The position numbers and the translations under genes are program-made. DNA of 62,781 bases, counting the filler, from Choristocarpus tenellus KU-1152 (lineage: Eukaryota > Protista > Phaeophyceae), in NCBI GenBank assembly GCA_964200185.2. It is 12 parts of 12 records of this genome, joined end to end, with 100 filler letters (N's around TTAATTAATTAA, not from the genome) between each part and the next. Parts side by side here need not be neighbours in the genome. Positions count along the whole stretch, not along the records: positions 1 to 4,640 come from CAXNAD020013673.1; positions 4,741 to 9,576 come from CAXNAD020012873.1; positions 9,677 to 13,136 come from CAXNAD020019889.1; 9 more parts are not named here. One strand, given 5' to 3'. This document shows, piece after piece, positions 1-10,809 of the stretch. Numbering within the stretch: position 1 is the first letter of the stretch; every line of letters starts with the position of its first letter. The notes beneath the pieces were generated by a model. That model was not told where the DNA came from. It worked only from the letters and a program-made list of their open reading frames with translations, and made no database searches.

Positions 1-90
1 TCTGGGGGGAAATGGACGCGCTCTTTTTCCTGTTTTTGGGTTATGGACACCCCCGGGCCAAACCCCCCCCCCCCCCCGATACTTTAGGTC
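1..90. mobile_element. MITE family B (G-tract TIR element), internally deleted or truncated copy
   Basis: Starts TCTGGGGGG, contains AAATGGAC and ends C-tract+GATACTTTAGGTC, matching the termini of the full copies at 1272 and 48829. Confidence 0.75.
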
Positions 91-1271
91 ATATTAGTCC
101 AACAATGGGCACATCCTCCCAACCCATGACGGCATACTCACAGCTGTAGTACAACAACATCTGCATCATAACGACGGGCCACTTCCTGCGACGCCATAAA
201 CGCGACCATCCATTCATTGCTCCCCTTGACCTCAAGTGCTGTTCCCACGGGCAGAAAGCTTCCCCACACTCGTTGAGGTTCTCTTCGCAAACTTCGCCCA
301 GAACTTCTTCCTTCATCACAACACTACCATTTGGCAGGCGCAACAGTACAAACACTGCAAAATCCCGCCAACCCAAAGGCCACGCCGCCTTGTCCATTGA
401 CTTCAGTGCCCAATATCCACACTGCCACCAAGACTTGGCACAACAAGAATTCTTCAACCTTTTCCTGAGAACGCTTCTGACCATAGTTTGGTAGTTGAGG
501 GACCTCAGATAGGAGGGAAATCTTGGAAAGGGAAGGGTATGGGCTCACAGCATTACCATGTGTAGCGAGGACAGAAGCCAAGACAATGAATTTGTCCATA
601 ACGCTACGGAAATATTAGTGAAGGATCACATCATACCTAAGGCCCGGGAATACGGACAGACCCTTGAAGTCCTCCACATCTGGTCTGACGGCTGGGGGAG
701 TCAGTTCAAGAACAGATGGCAGACGTGGTGGATTTCTCAATCCATTGCACGGATGGGGATTCCAGTCATACACAACTTCTTTGCCTCCTGTCACTCAAAT
801 CCATGTCCGACGGAGTCAAGGCGGTGTAGTGGAGTCTGCCGCAAGGAGGCTCGAGCTAGATGGGATACGCATGCCAGGAACCTCGTCCCTTGTGGACACG
901 GTCAAGGCGACAAAAACTCAATTCATGGTGAAGGATCCCACTCCAGACGAAGAGGGGCGCTACCGCAATTATTTGCCACAAGGTTCCTCCTGGACAGACT
1001 ATCGCCACCAAGGTCCGTACTCCCTCCACATCCACAGTCCTCGTACTTCAACCCTTCAACTAAATTTTCACTGACGACAGCTATGCCCCCCTTGTGAACT
1101 ACCACAGTAAACACTCTACGAGAAGTACAAGAATTCCGTATATCGATCTTGCCTGTCCTTCCATGAACAAAGTACACAGGACACGAACCTTATTGTATGC
1201 AATTCTACAGCAATCGCAATATTTCCAGTCACACTCTACCCATTGCATTAAATTATAAATGTATTTGTGCC

Positions 1272-1456
1272 GACCCAAAGTATCTGGGGGGGGGGGGGGG
1301 TCTACACCAGGGTGTCCATTTTGGGCGATGACCAGGAAAAATGCACGTACATTATCCATCGGACTTATGCAACTAAATTACACAAAAAATAGCGACAGGA
1401 AAAATAATGACCCCAAATGGACAGCCGCCACCCACCCCCCCGAGATACTTTGAGCC
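1272..1456. mobile_element. MITE family B, full copy with 4-bp TSD TGCC
   Basis: GACCCAAAGTATCTG(n)...C(n)GAGATACTTTGAGCC, flanked by tgcc on both sides. Confidence 0.9.
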
Positions 1457-1911
1457 TGCCAAGCGACACATACACGCAAATGAATGAATTATTCGTTATT
1501 CACAGCATCCACCCCTGCTAAATTTGAAACGCTTCTTACTATGATTGCTTGCCTAGGCCCTGGGACACGAGTTGTTTGGTCGCATCTGGGCGCCCCTAAT
1601 TACGCACTGCTTAACACAAATATAATCCAACTTACACCATCCCTTCCGCACATATACTCACACCATGCCCCTCAGACTTGGATAGATAGGGAGGGCAGAC
1701 GCCACAGCAACACATTCGCAAACGTTCTACAGAACGACACGTTCAGAACCCATGAGGTAGTTCACCTTCCAGCTTACAGGATCGACCGCTCGGGACAACA
1801 CGACCCACATGTCCCGAATTTGAGTGGCACAAAGTCCATGCACAGGTTTTTCACTGGTTGACACACCAACGGAGACTCCTGTACGTTGTTATATACAGAG
1901 ATGTCGTGCTA

Positions 1912-2170
1912 GAGTGGAAGTATCTTAGAGGGTACGAGTATTGTCATGTTTGTCCATTTGGGGCTTGGCTTCCCGTGGTTTTTTTTAATGACATTTTCCT
2001 CTCCAAAATGTTTCGAAGTAGGTCAAATGTATACGTTATGAAAATGTGTGTCCGGAACAAGGACACTGACACTTCCTAACAAAAACAATAGCCAAAATTA
2101 CATCAAAATTGAAACATTGGATTTTGGCTCCCAAATGGACGCGGCCCTACCCTCTGATATACTTTGGCTC
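1912..2170 (+). mobile_element. MITE family A (~258 bp), full copy with 4-bp TSD GCTA
   Basis: GAGTGGAAGTATCTTAGAGGGTA...TACCCTCTGATATACTTTGGCTC, flanked by gcta. Removing it restores codons E-M-S-C-Y-C. Confidence 0.92.
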
Positions 2171-2687
2171 GCTACTGTATCATGTGTTCCATCAGCAACG
2201 TCGCCAACTGTAAGTGGCAACTAACTCACGTGCCCCCGTTAAAGGAGATAGACCTCGGATTTTTCACGGAGGCTGGAATGGGCGATATGTATCTGAGGAG
2301 TCAGCTGTCGAGGAAGAAGAGACAGCTCGAGGCAGGGAACACATGCGTTGTGCGAACGCAGCATTCAGAGTACAATGGACTAGAGTTCTTGCCATTCACT
2401 GTGAAGTGTAAGGACACTGTTCAATGGAGCGCCAGGCACCATTCCAGCTACGGAGGGATGTTCAGTGCTGGTGATGAGGTCCTCTTTGTCGTTGAAGACT
2501 TCGAGGTGTTGGATGCCAACTTCGTTGATGGAGTGCCAACTATTCGCATGTCACGGGTGGACAAGGTGGGCCACGCTTTTATTTCTATGTACCAATCAGT
2601 GTTTTTAGGGGTACAATCGTGCTTGTTTTGTTTATAGAGTTCACATCCAACAATGTTCTGTAGTGTACAACTAAACTTTCTAGTATA

Positions 2688-3094
2688 TGTCAGGGACAGG
2701 TTCCTTTTTTGGGATCTCCGACACACACCTTATGTATAAGACGCGCGGTCATATACAATTGCGCGCGCCAACCACGTCTTTTGAGCTCATCTATACCGAC
2801 CAGTCCAAAGAAAAAATCAGACCCATGAGATCCGGATTTGACCAAACAGCCAAAATGAACCCTCAGAACGATGAACCATTCCGATTCTGAAAAATCAGTT
2901 TCTTTGCTGTGACGTTGCTCAGTCATTCTGGAACATCTGTCGTGTTCTGAAGTTGTTGTTCTGTTCTGGATTTACTGATCTGTTCTGAGGTTAGAGCCAA
3001 GACCTTGAACCTCGGTCCCACCCTCTGAGGTGAAGGAGTTTCATTCCGGTGATTGTGATTGCCCCCTTGAGCAGAGAACTTGGCACCTTTGACA
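2688..3094 (+). mobile_element. Probable 5' LTR of a Ty3/gypsy-like retrotransposon
   Basis: Begins TGTCAGGGACAGGTTCCTTTTT; the same start occurs at 9482 directly after a polypurine tract. Candidate end CTTTGACA (3094) is an inverted match to the start, and a gag-like ORF follows. The right boundary is inferred. Confidence 0.6.
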
Positions 3095-3149
3095 CTTCCA
3101 CAGTTGTACTCACGCCTAGTGTTCAAGGGGAGCTCACTCACGCCACGTT

Positions 3150-4618
3150 ATGTCGGATACTACTACCCCCACACCTGCTGCAACATCACGTACCAGCAGC
3201 AATACCAAAGAGAAGTCCGCAACTCGCAAGGGGAAGAAGAAGACGACCCATGCAACGCCAACAACCGAAGGAGGTAACGAGGGGGGTAGTATAAACACCC
3301 AACCTCAACCGAGTCCCACGTCTATTTCTATAGACAGAGGTATCCCTGGTGACTCGCTAGAGCAGGAAGGGATGGCAGTGCAGAGGCTGAGGGAAGACCC
3401 TGCCTGCAATCCGGGCCTGAACCGGTACAGCGTGCTGGGTGAAGACCAAGAAGAGCAAATAGAAGACAGTGCTATGGCGACGTTCGATATCCAAGCATAC
3501 ATGAACCACCAGCTTGCCTACGCCAAGAAGATCGTTGATGAAGCTATGGAAGGGACCCCACACGACCAAGGTTTGGTAGCTGCGGCAATGCAGACATTAA
3601 ACGTGAAGATGAGTAATACGTGTGCAGATTCAAACAACCCACCTGTTTCTGACCACTCCCACAGTAACCCCTTGCTTGGTTGTGAAGTATTCTTCACATA
3701 AAGACTTACCCCCCATGCATTTTTGGGACTTTCAGGAACAAGGTTGTCCCCCCATAGCCAATTTCGGAAAGTTGCTCATGATTTTCAAAAATCGAGTAGG
3801 CGCTATTGCTATGGTGAATAGATCGTCCATAGAAGCAAACCATATTGCCACATACGAACAAATTCTTGGAGATATGTGCATGCGCCTGTTCCAACATCAA
3901 ATTCCTAGAGGTACCAGTCCCGACCAAGCAAGTGTTCGATCGTTTTATCAAACATTGAATGTAGACTCTTGGGAGGAATTTGTTGCGGCAAGCCTGAAGG
4001 AATTTTCTGTACCAAATCCGCGAGACAGAACGTTTCGCTATTTGATTGATATTCGGCAGGAACCGAAGGAGGATGTTCGAGCATTTGCAAGACGGGTAAT
4101 TGAGTCAATTGATTCCTTTGTACGTGAGTTGAGAGTCCATTCACATGACAAAGGTGACCTCGATCCTGTTGACCTGACCCCCACCGCCCTGATTTCCCTT
4201 CTGACGGACAGACTCCGATACTGCGCGTTCAACGTCGGTGTTTTACCCGCCATTCTAGGAGTTTTGCGATCGAACCCACAGCGTTACGAGAATTTCGCAG
4301 CACTAGTTGATGCAGCGGTTGGCCAAGCATCTGCAATGTCGAGTTTGGACAGGGGATCGTTCGCTAATGTGGTGACCTTTAGTATATCTGTCGATAACTA
4401 GGGAAATTTACACCCAACAGACTTACGACTCTCTGACCTGGCTCCGCTGTTGACAGTAGCAAAGACCCTCTCAGGCGAGCTAGAAAGGGCCAATGCCGAA
4501 ATCCGACACCTTAAAGTGAAAAGACGAACTAACGGGCCTAACAAACCTCCGCGAACATTTTCCCAAACCTTCCCCGAGCCCACTGATACCCGCCCAGTAT
4601 GTAAATTCGAAGGGTGTA
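3150..4618 (+). pseudogene. Retrotransposon Gag-like ORF (frameshift near 3650-3700, stop at 4399), truncated by a MITE
   Basis: RQEPKEDVRAFARRVIE resembles the QxxxExVxxFxxR capsid motif. It follows an LTR-like start and ends in a possible zinc-knuckle start, PVCKFEGC. Confidence 0.6.
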
Positions 4619-4640
4619 GGGCCAAAGTATCTGGGGGGGG
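4619..4640. mobile_element. MITE family B left terminus; the contig breaks in the G-tract
   Basis: GGGCCAAAGTATCTGGGGGGGG followed directly by the linker. Confidence 0.8.
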
Positions 4641-4740
4641 NNNNNNNNNNNNNNNNNNNNNNNNNNNNNNNNNNNNNNNNNNNNTTAATTAATTAANNNN
4701 NNNNNNNNNNNNNNNNNNNNNNNNNNNNNNNNNNNNNNNN
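4641..4740. other. Artificial contig-joining linker N44-TTAATTAATTAA-N44. Identical linkers at 9577-9676, 13137-13236, 16818-16917, 21327-21426, 32525-32624, 40437-40536, 45738-45837, 48710-48809, 52352-52451 and 56087-56186
   Basis: Exactly 100 bp each, with a core giving stop codons in all six frames, repeated 11 times. This is an assembly artefact. Confidence 0.98.
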
Positions 4741-5653
4741 CCAATCTCGTGGCTCCCCCTATCCTACCCGAATGAAGGGCATACTCTTCTGGTCTTAGCC
4801 TAAGCTCTTTTGCTATCCTCCTCAACACACATGTTGCTTGGCCCCTCGTAATCACTCTCCATCCCCCTTCCTGTCTACAAGTCATTAGAGGGGCATCCGG
4901 GGGAAGTTCTGGGAAACATTCCATAATAGTCATCACTACCTCCCATACTCCCATACTTTCTTCTCCCCCTCCCTTCCCTACCTAATATCTTGTCAACACT
5001 GCTCCTTTTCTGCCCTGGTCCCCTTTTGACCCTGTGGACGTTACCACTACTTTTTCTACCTGGTGTCTCTCTTCCCAACTTAATCTTTTTACTCCCCTCC
5101 TCCATACCACGTCCCTCCTTCTTACCTCGAAATCTCCATGAACTCCTCCCCCTTCGTCATAGGCCCACAACTCTGAGGCTCTAGCTAGAAAGAAGAACGA
5201 GAAACTCAGACCTAGCCTTGTCGATTTACCTTCCTTACCTAGCATTTCAGTGCATTGCTTCGTCTCTACAATCATTCTCCACGTTAGGGGTCTCCTCTTT
5301 CTGGGATCGCTTCCTACTTTTGTGTGACTCCTCCCTATTCCTTTGAGTACAGATTGGATCATGAAATGTTGTGCGGGAAGCTGTAGGTTGAGGAAATGTT
5401 TATGGTAGTATTGGATTGCTGCTATCTTACCCTTAACTGTGCTTACTTGATTCCTCCTACTTCCACAACAGAAACACATGAACTCCGCTGGGGCCTTTAC
5501 TACCTCTATCTCTCTACTCCCAGGGTCTAACCACCTACTCAATCCCCTATATGTACGGAACTCAGACCATTGGTCCCAAGCTGCTTCATAAGACTTCTGA
5601 GTAGATGGCGCAACCAATCCTCTGGCGTACACTGCTGCAAGGCACTCAAACAC
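4741..5653 (-). CDS. Tyrosine recombinase of the DIRS/Ngaro-like element (stop at ~4982, 3'-truncated)
   Basis: VAPSTQKSYEAAWDQWSEF (N-terminal core-binding region), FFFLARASEL (catalytic Arg), SKGDQ, and YALHSGRIGGAT (HxxR box) at ~4750-4790. Confidence 0.88.
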
Positions 5654-6350
5654 ACCAACTTCCCTTCCCGACCCAGGGGCTGCTCCTGCCAGTCAATGCG
5701 TGGGCAAATACGTTGGAGGTTAGGTTGAATCTCATCCCTCTTCCACCTTGAGATACCATCTGCTAAGTCATTCTGTTTCCCCGCTACGTGTTCCGCTACG
5801 AAAGACCCTTCCCCTGCTATCTCCAACACCCCCATTATTCTCATCAAGCCTCCTGCTCTCCTATCCTTTGCCCCCCCACACTTACGGAACCAGTGCACTG
5901 CAGAGTAGTTGTCCCCCTTCAGCAACACTGGGTCTCCCTTCTTCTCTGCTTTTCCCTTTACCCTCATGACCAGTACCCATGCATTCATTACCATTCCTTG
6001 TAACTCTAAGACATTGATTGAGATACTCCCCCCTTCTCCTTTACCACACTACGCATAATATCCTTCTTCATGTTTTCTGGGAAGTCATATCTCCACCACT
6101 TACCCGTCTCTACGTTGTACCCTCCTACTTCTGAAAAACATGCATCCGAATACCATGTCGTACCTGGAGGTCTTGACACAAACCCCAAAAACGGGGAGCT
6201 CAAGTTTTCTCCTTCCTCAGCCAAACCATGTTCTACCACCCACCTCCACCAATTCAAGTCTTCTTTGAATTCCCTTCCTATCCTGATTTCCCACTTTTCT
6301 TCTCTTGGGCCTTCCCTCTGTTCAACTTGTCCCCCCCCCCTTGCTATCCT
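5539..6350 (-). CDS. RNase H region of the DIRS/Ngaro-like pol (frameshifted relative to RT and at ~6020)
   Basis: EDLNWWRW, WYSDACF, KGDNYSAVHW and AEHVAGKQNDLADGISR. Confidence 0.85.
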
Positions 6351-7992
6351 ACCGCTTCTGGTGCAACCCTGACAGGTGTACCAGTCGCCAAAGAAAAAAT
6401 TTCCCTGGGCGTACGACGTACGACTCGTGAAACAGTCGGCCCAGCAACACCCATACCTCCTGCACCTTCGCTACCAACTTCGATTCTGGCCACTCCCCTA
6501 ACAATGACTTCAAACCCGTCAGCTTTCCCTCTGGTAGGGCAATGGTCATCTTCTCTGTATCTATCTCCCATCCTACCACTACCTGTGTGGTATGCCATCC
6601 TGTTAATTTTTTTGCTGACAAAATGGGGGGTTCATCTACGTCTCTCTGGCCTAGCAACCATATATGGTCGGAGACTAAAGAATTTGTTGCTAGCTTCAGT
6701 CTCCGCCCATCTTCAAACCATTGGGACTCTACCAAAATGCTATCATCTACATAGATTCTGGCAAAAAAAGGGTCCTCCACCCCCCCCCCTGCTATGTCCT
6801 GTACCTTCCATGGCTCGTCTATGGTCCTAACCTCCCTCCTGCCTTCCTGCTTCGAGTACGTTACACCTACCGCAATCCTTTCTGCTTCAAGGACTACTGT
6901 CGACTTGGGATCTGTATGACAGTGCGAAAATTCTAGTGCACTCGCTAAAAGGTCCCACCACCCCGGGCTATTCCTCCACCCAAATTGGAGTCTAAAGTCA
7001 ATCACTAGCAAATCTCCAACACAATATCCAAACTTTGCTGCCCCTTGTGGTTCTACTGGTACTTGGCGAAAGGCATCTTTCACATCCATCTTACTACTTA
7101 TAATCCTTGCCCCCGGGAACTTCTTCCTTAAACCCACAATTGTCCTAATTACGTCCCCTATCATTGTTCCACAGTGTACGGGGGGGGCATCCTCTAACTC
7201 TGTCTGGTCATTCACACTCGGCCCCCAACTCCCTTGCTGGTACGACAGATCGTGAATAATCCTTACCTTCGTGGGTTCTTGAATTACACCAACTGGGGAC
7301 ACCTGCAATCCTGGGATCTTCCCCCACATCCTTTTTGGGAACACCAAAGCTCTACCCTGGGTCACATCACTCACTACCTTTTCTAGTAGGGCCTTCTTCT
7401 TATTTCTTGCACTCGTGTGGTTTCCATACTCTAGTCTCTCCTCAACACTGCCTATTCCCCTTACGCACACTGACACTCCCTTGCTCACTACCTGTTGGAG
7501 TTGCGCTATCTGTGGGAACCCGATCTTTTTCACAAAATGGTCATCAATCGTCTCCCAATTCAATCGTTTGGGACTCCATCTTTCCCCTAACCTATCCACT
7601 AGAGTCCCCAAGTCCCCTCCACACTCTCCTATTAGTACTTCCCCTTTTCTAGCCAACTCCTCCAGTCCCTCCCCTAACATTACCCCTTCCTTTTCTCTCT
7701 TCCAATCTTGCCATACTCTCAACCAATCTTCAAAGTCATCCGTCATTCCCCTTTCCCCCCCCCCCTCTACCTTTGAGTGTCCGGCGTATTGACCCTGGGG
7801 TTGGAATCCCCGACGTCTCTTGTCGATGTAGTGGTAGTCTTCACGTCCATTGATCTCCTCCTGCCGGCCCCCCCTGGGTAGGGGTGGGCCCGCGTCTTCA
7901 TGGGTCTTTCTTTTTAGCCTTGTCCTCGGTCTGGGCTTCCTTCTTTCTCTCTTCTCCCCCTTCTTCAAAATTGTCGTATTTGCAGAAACCAT
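6349..7992 (-). CDS. Reverse transcriptase of the DIRS/Ngaro-like element
   Basis: NHTSA, SPVGVI..KVRIIHDLS, SKMDVKDAFRQVPV, RLQFGWRNSPG and IYVDD. Confidence 0.92.
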   Translation of the reverse strand: MVSANTTILKKGEKRERRKPRPRTRLKRKTHEDAGPPLPRGGRQEEINGREDYHYIDKRRRGFQPQGQYAGHSKVEGGGERGMTDDFEDWLRVWQDWKREKEGVMLGEGLEELARKGEVLIGECGGDLGTLVDRLGERWSPKRLNWETIDDHFVKKIGFPQIAQLQQVVSKGVSVCVRGIGSVEERLEYGNHTSARNKKKALLEKVVSDVTQGRALVFPKRMWGKIPGLQVSPVGVIQEPTKVRIIHDLSYQQGSWGPSVNDQTELEDAPPVHCGTMIGDVIRTIVGLRKKFPGARIISSKMDVKDAFRQVPVEPQGAAKFGYCVGDLLVIDFRLQFGWRNSPGWWDLLASALEFSHCHTDPKSTVVLEAERIAVGVTYSKQEGRREVRTIDEPWKVQDIAGGGVEDPFFARIYVDDSILVESQWFEDGRRLKLATNSLVSDHIWLLGQRDVDEPPILSAKKLTGWHTTQVVVGWEIDTEKMTIALPEGKLTGLKSLLGEWPESKLVAKVQEVWVLLGRLFHESYVVRPGKFFLWRLVHLSGLHQKR

Positions 7993-9009
7993 TTCTTTTC
8001 AGGAATTCACACTCCTTTCCTGACTTCCACGCATAACATGGGTTGTAGGTCCTTCCCCCCTCTCTTGGTACTCCAGCTCTCTTTCGGTCTTCAGCCCTGG
8101 GGGACTTTGAAGCCCTTGTCTCCCCCCATATCTCCGCCCTCTTCATGGATCGGGAGCGGGACTCAGTGCTATACAAGGCGGGTAGCATGTTCTTTGCTTG
8201 GGCCAATGTCGCTTCTGCACATGTAAAATGCGGGCTCGGCGGAAGTGGTATCATCGTGTCGTGGGGAGGTGGTGTGTTAAATTTATTCCCTATAATATCA
8301 GCCGCTTCCGCCAACCGCTTTTCCCAACACATGAGGTCCTCCTCTACTGCTCTGAAGATTAGCTCCATGATCCGTGGACTCTCTAATAGGGCTGGTTTAT
8401 TGGCCCCGTAAAACATGCGAACTTTACGTCGAGCCTCTTCCAAATCATCGATTACCCGTTCTGTCCGTCTCTTCCCCCTATTCCACCTATCCCCATATTT
8501 ACAAATCCTCACCATGGCTGCCACAAAGCAGCCGAAGTTATCAGGTAGTTCGTAGTCTCCTTTGACCGTCTTCCTCCCTAGCTCCCCTTTCGGTATGTAT
8601 TCTCTTATTGTGAAGCCTGCCAGGTGTTCCAGCTCTGTTGCAACCTCTTCCGTCACATCCGCAGTCTCCTCCACTATCCTCTGCAACTCGTACTTTGTTG
8701 TCCTGGCGTTCCCCGATTTGATAAATAGGGGGATGAACCCGAGTAGTACATAGTACTTTCTCACCTCCACCCCCTGTTCCACGCCTGCATCAGTGACTTC
8801 TCTTGAAATCTTTCGGCCATCGCTGTTGATGGTGTCGACCCCTTCTCCCTCATGGCTCCTACTCCCCTTCCCATCCCTCTTTCTTCGTCCCCTTTCTCTG
8901 ATATTCTCGACCGACATAGTTCTTGTAAGATCTCCATCATGCCGTCTATTCTCTGTGTTAGCTTGCAGATCTCGTCGTTCTGATCTTGTGGTTGGCCTTG
9001 GTTGCTCAC
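7898..9009 (-). CDS. Gag-like ORF1 of the DIRS/Ngaro-like element (probable frameshift near 8920)
   Basis: First ORF, overlapping the RT ORF, with a C-terminal CCCH-like finger CYAWKSGKECEFLKRNGFCKYD. Confidence 0.7.
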
Positions 9010-9466
9010 ACTCCTCTGCTCTCAGTCGTCCCCGTCCTCCACACCAATCTTCTCTCTCTCCCCCGTCTCAAAGATTCCCATTTCCCGTTGCGCCGTTTCG
9101 ATATGTGCCTGCATCCTCTGCACCGCCATTGTTCCCGTCTCTAATTCCTGTTCCTTCCATCCCTTCGCTTCTGCCCAACCCTCAGTCATTTCTTCTCCTT
9201 CACCCCTTCACCTCTTCTTGTCCCTTCGTTTTTCCCCTCATTTTTGTGCGCCATCTCATCCCACTTGCTATCATTGTCCCTCCTGTCTGCCATATTGCCC
9301 ATATGTTGGCACAGCAAGAACCTACTGCTCCGTCTCTTCATTTTTTTTCCCCCTAAGTTGATTAAACCAGTATGTTTTTCATTTTATTTTCCTCTCAAAG
9401 GCGAACCTGTTCGACATGAAGTTGTGGCCAGCCACGTTTGTGTTCGTATCGGATGGAATCCATGCT

Positions 9467-9576
9467 GGGGGGGGGGGGTGATGTCAGGGACAGGTTCCTT
9501 TTTGGGATCTCCCACACACACATTTTGTGGATATTGCCCGCGGCCATATGGTATGCGCACGTCAACCACGTCACCG
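9467..9576 (+). mobile_element. Polypurine tract (G12) plus start of a 3' LTR, related to the 2688 LTR
   Basis: G12-TGA, then TGTCAGGGACAGGTTCCTTTTTGGGATCTC at 9482, nearly identical to 2688 over ~40 bp and loosely similar beyond. Confidence 0.7.
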
Positions 9577-9676
9577 NNNNNNNNNNNNNNNNNNNNNNNN
9601 NNNNNNNNNNNNNNNNNNNNTTAATTAATTAANNNNNNNNNNNNNNNNNNNNNNNNNNNNNNNNNNNNNNNNNNNN

Positions 9677-10809
9677 GGGTTCTTAACCCAGATAGGGCTC
9701 AACAAAAGCAAGTTGATATGCCACACCTGAATGGTCATAGCCCTGATGCTGGTTTGACATTGGGGCAGGTATCGCTAGTTGGATCTGGCCCTGGAGACCC
9801 TGATCTGCTCACGGTCGCTGCATTGAGGGAACTTCAGTCAGCAGACCTGGTGATTTCGGATCGCCTTGTCTCAAAGGAAATCCTGGGATTGGTACGACAA
9901 GCGATAGCATTTTTCTCTCTGCCTCGTTGCCTTCAGAGATTCTCCGTTGACCTTCTTGTCGGCACATACTACATCCCCACCTCCCCCAACAGAGCTACTT
10001 GTTTTCCTATAGTGTAACCGACTGGACAACCTCTTGATCCATATTTTAACCTGCTCTCCCCTACCTGTCTTTCAACTTCATGGCAGGTCGAAGGAGACCT
10101 TAAGGTGGCGAGGAAGTACCCCGGCTGCGCGGAGGAGGCTCAGCGAGAGATCTACAGATGGATGCGGGAAGGTATTGCTGAGGGCAAGCATGTTGTTCGC
10201 CTCAAGATTGGAGATCCCTTTATCTTCGGGCGGGGAGGCGAAGAGGTGATTGAGATGCGAAAGTATGGCGTGGAGTGCAGGGTCGTACCTGGTATATCGT
10301 CCGTATTTTCCGCCCCCTTGTTGGCAGGCATCCCAGTCACCCACCGCGGTGTGGCAACACAGGTAACCCTGGGCACGGGATACGGGAAAGATTACTCTTA
10401 CCCAGATATCTCCGACTATCACCCGCAAAAGACAGCCGTGTTCCTCATGGCAATTGGACGACTCAGAGAGTTGTGTGCGGACATGAGAGCACGCGGTTAT
10501 CCAGAGGACTGCCCCGTCGCCATAGTAGAGAGCGCCTCCACACCAAGACAGCGGGTGGTGGCTGGGACTGTGAGCACAATCCTGGATGTGGCCACAGAGC
10601 TGGGCGTGAAACCGCCCTCAACCATAGTTGTGGGTGAGGTTGTCCGGGTCCTTCATGGGGAGGCGCATGGACTTGTCAGTGATGTTGCTGCAAATGCTGC
10701 AGAAGTATCAATGGTAAAGTCTAGAAATGTAGAGGTTTTCGAGGTAAAGACCTCCTCAGACAATGACATGGAAGTTATTGACCATGCTGTGAAGAGTCAA
10801 ATCATATGA
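9677..10809 (+). CDS. Uroporphyrinogen-III C-methyltransferase (SUMT; CobA/UPM1/MET1 family). 3' exons ..9891 and 10087-10809, intron 9892-10086; probably 5'-partial
   Basis: [50 protein letters not shown] and VFLM. The GT..AG phase-0 intron joins EILGL|[10 protein letters not shown] in frame. Confidence 0.93.

Larger units (their letters stand above)
250..2560 (+). pseudogene. Degenerate Sola2-like DDD transposase, frameshifted and interrupted by two MITEs
   Basis: Ordered motifs across frames: FFLHHNTTIWQAQQYKHCK (~315), ALSIDFSAQY (~390), LHIWSDGWGSQFKNR (~672), HNFFASCH..(K)SMSDG..GGVVESAARR (~770-850), GTKSMHRF (~1825), and SCYCIMC restored when the MITE at 1912-2170 is removed. These match my recollection of Sola2 motifs (DFSENY / SDGxxxQFKN / HGKxxxDG). 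Confidence 0.75.
4741..9400 (-). mobile_element. Tyrosine-recombinase retrotransposon (DIRS order, Ngaro-like), 3'-truncated by the contig end
   Basis: Minus-strand order gag - RT - RNase H - tyrosine recombinase with overlapping ORFs. No DDE integrase or methyltransferase domain is evident. The 5' boundary is approximate. Confidence 0.9.

Noticed and set aside
4685-4696. TTAATTAATTAA recurring 11 times as a possible biological motif
   Set aside because: It is always centred in an identical N spacer, so it is an artificial six-frame-stop linker.
2688-9576. One intact LTR element from the 2688 LTR to the 9482 LTR, enclosing the YR element
   Set aside because: A linker separates the two parts and the LTR starts diverge after ~40 bp, so they are more likely related but separate copies.
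8793-9624. Plus-strand ORFs rich in Ser/Pro/Leu/Phe
   Set aside because: They are antisense shadows of the purine-rich YR element strand, with no domain motifs.
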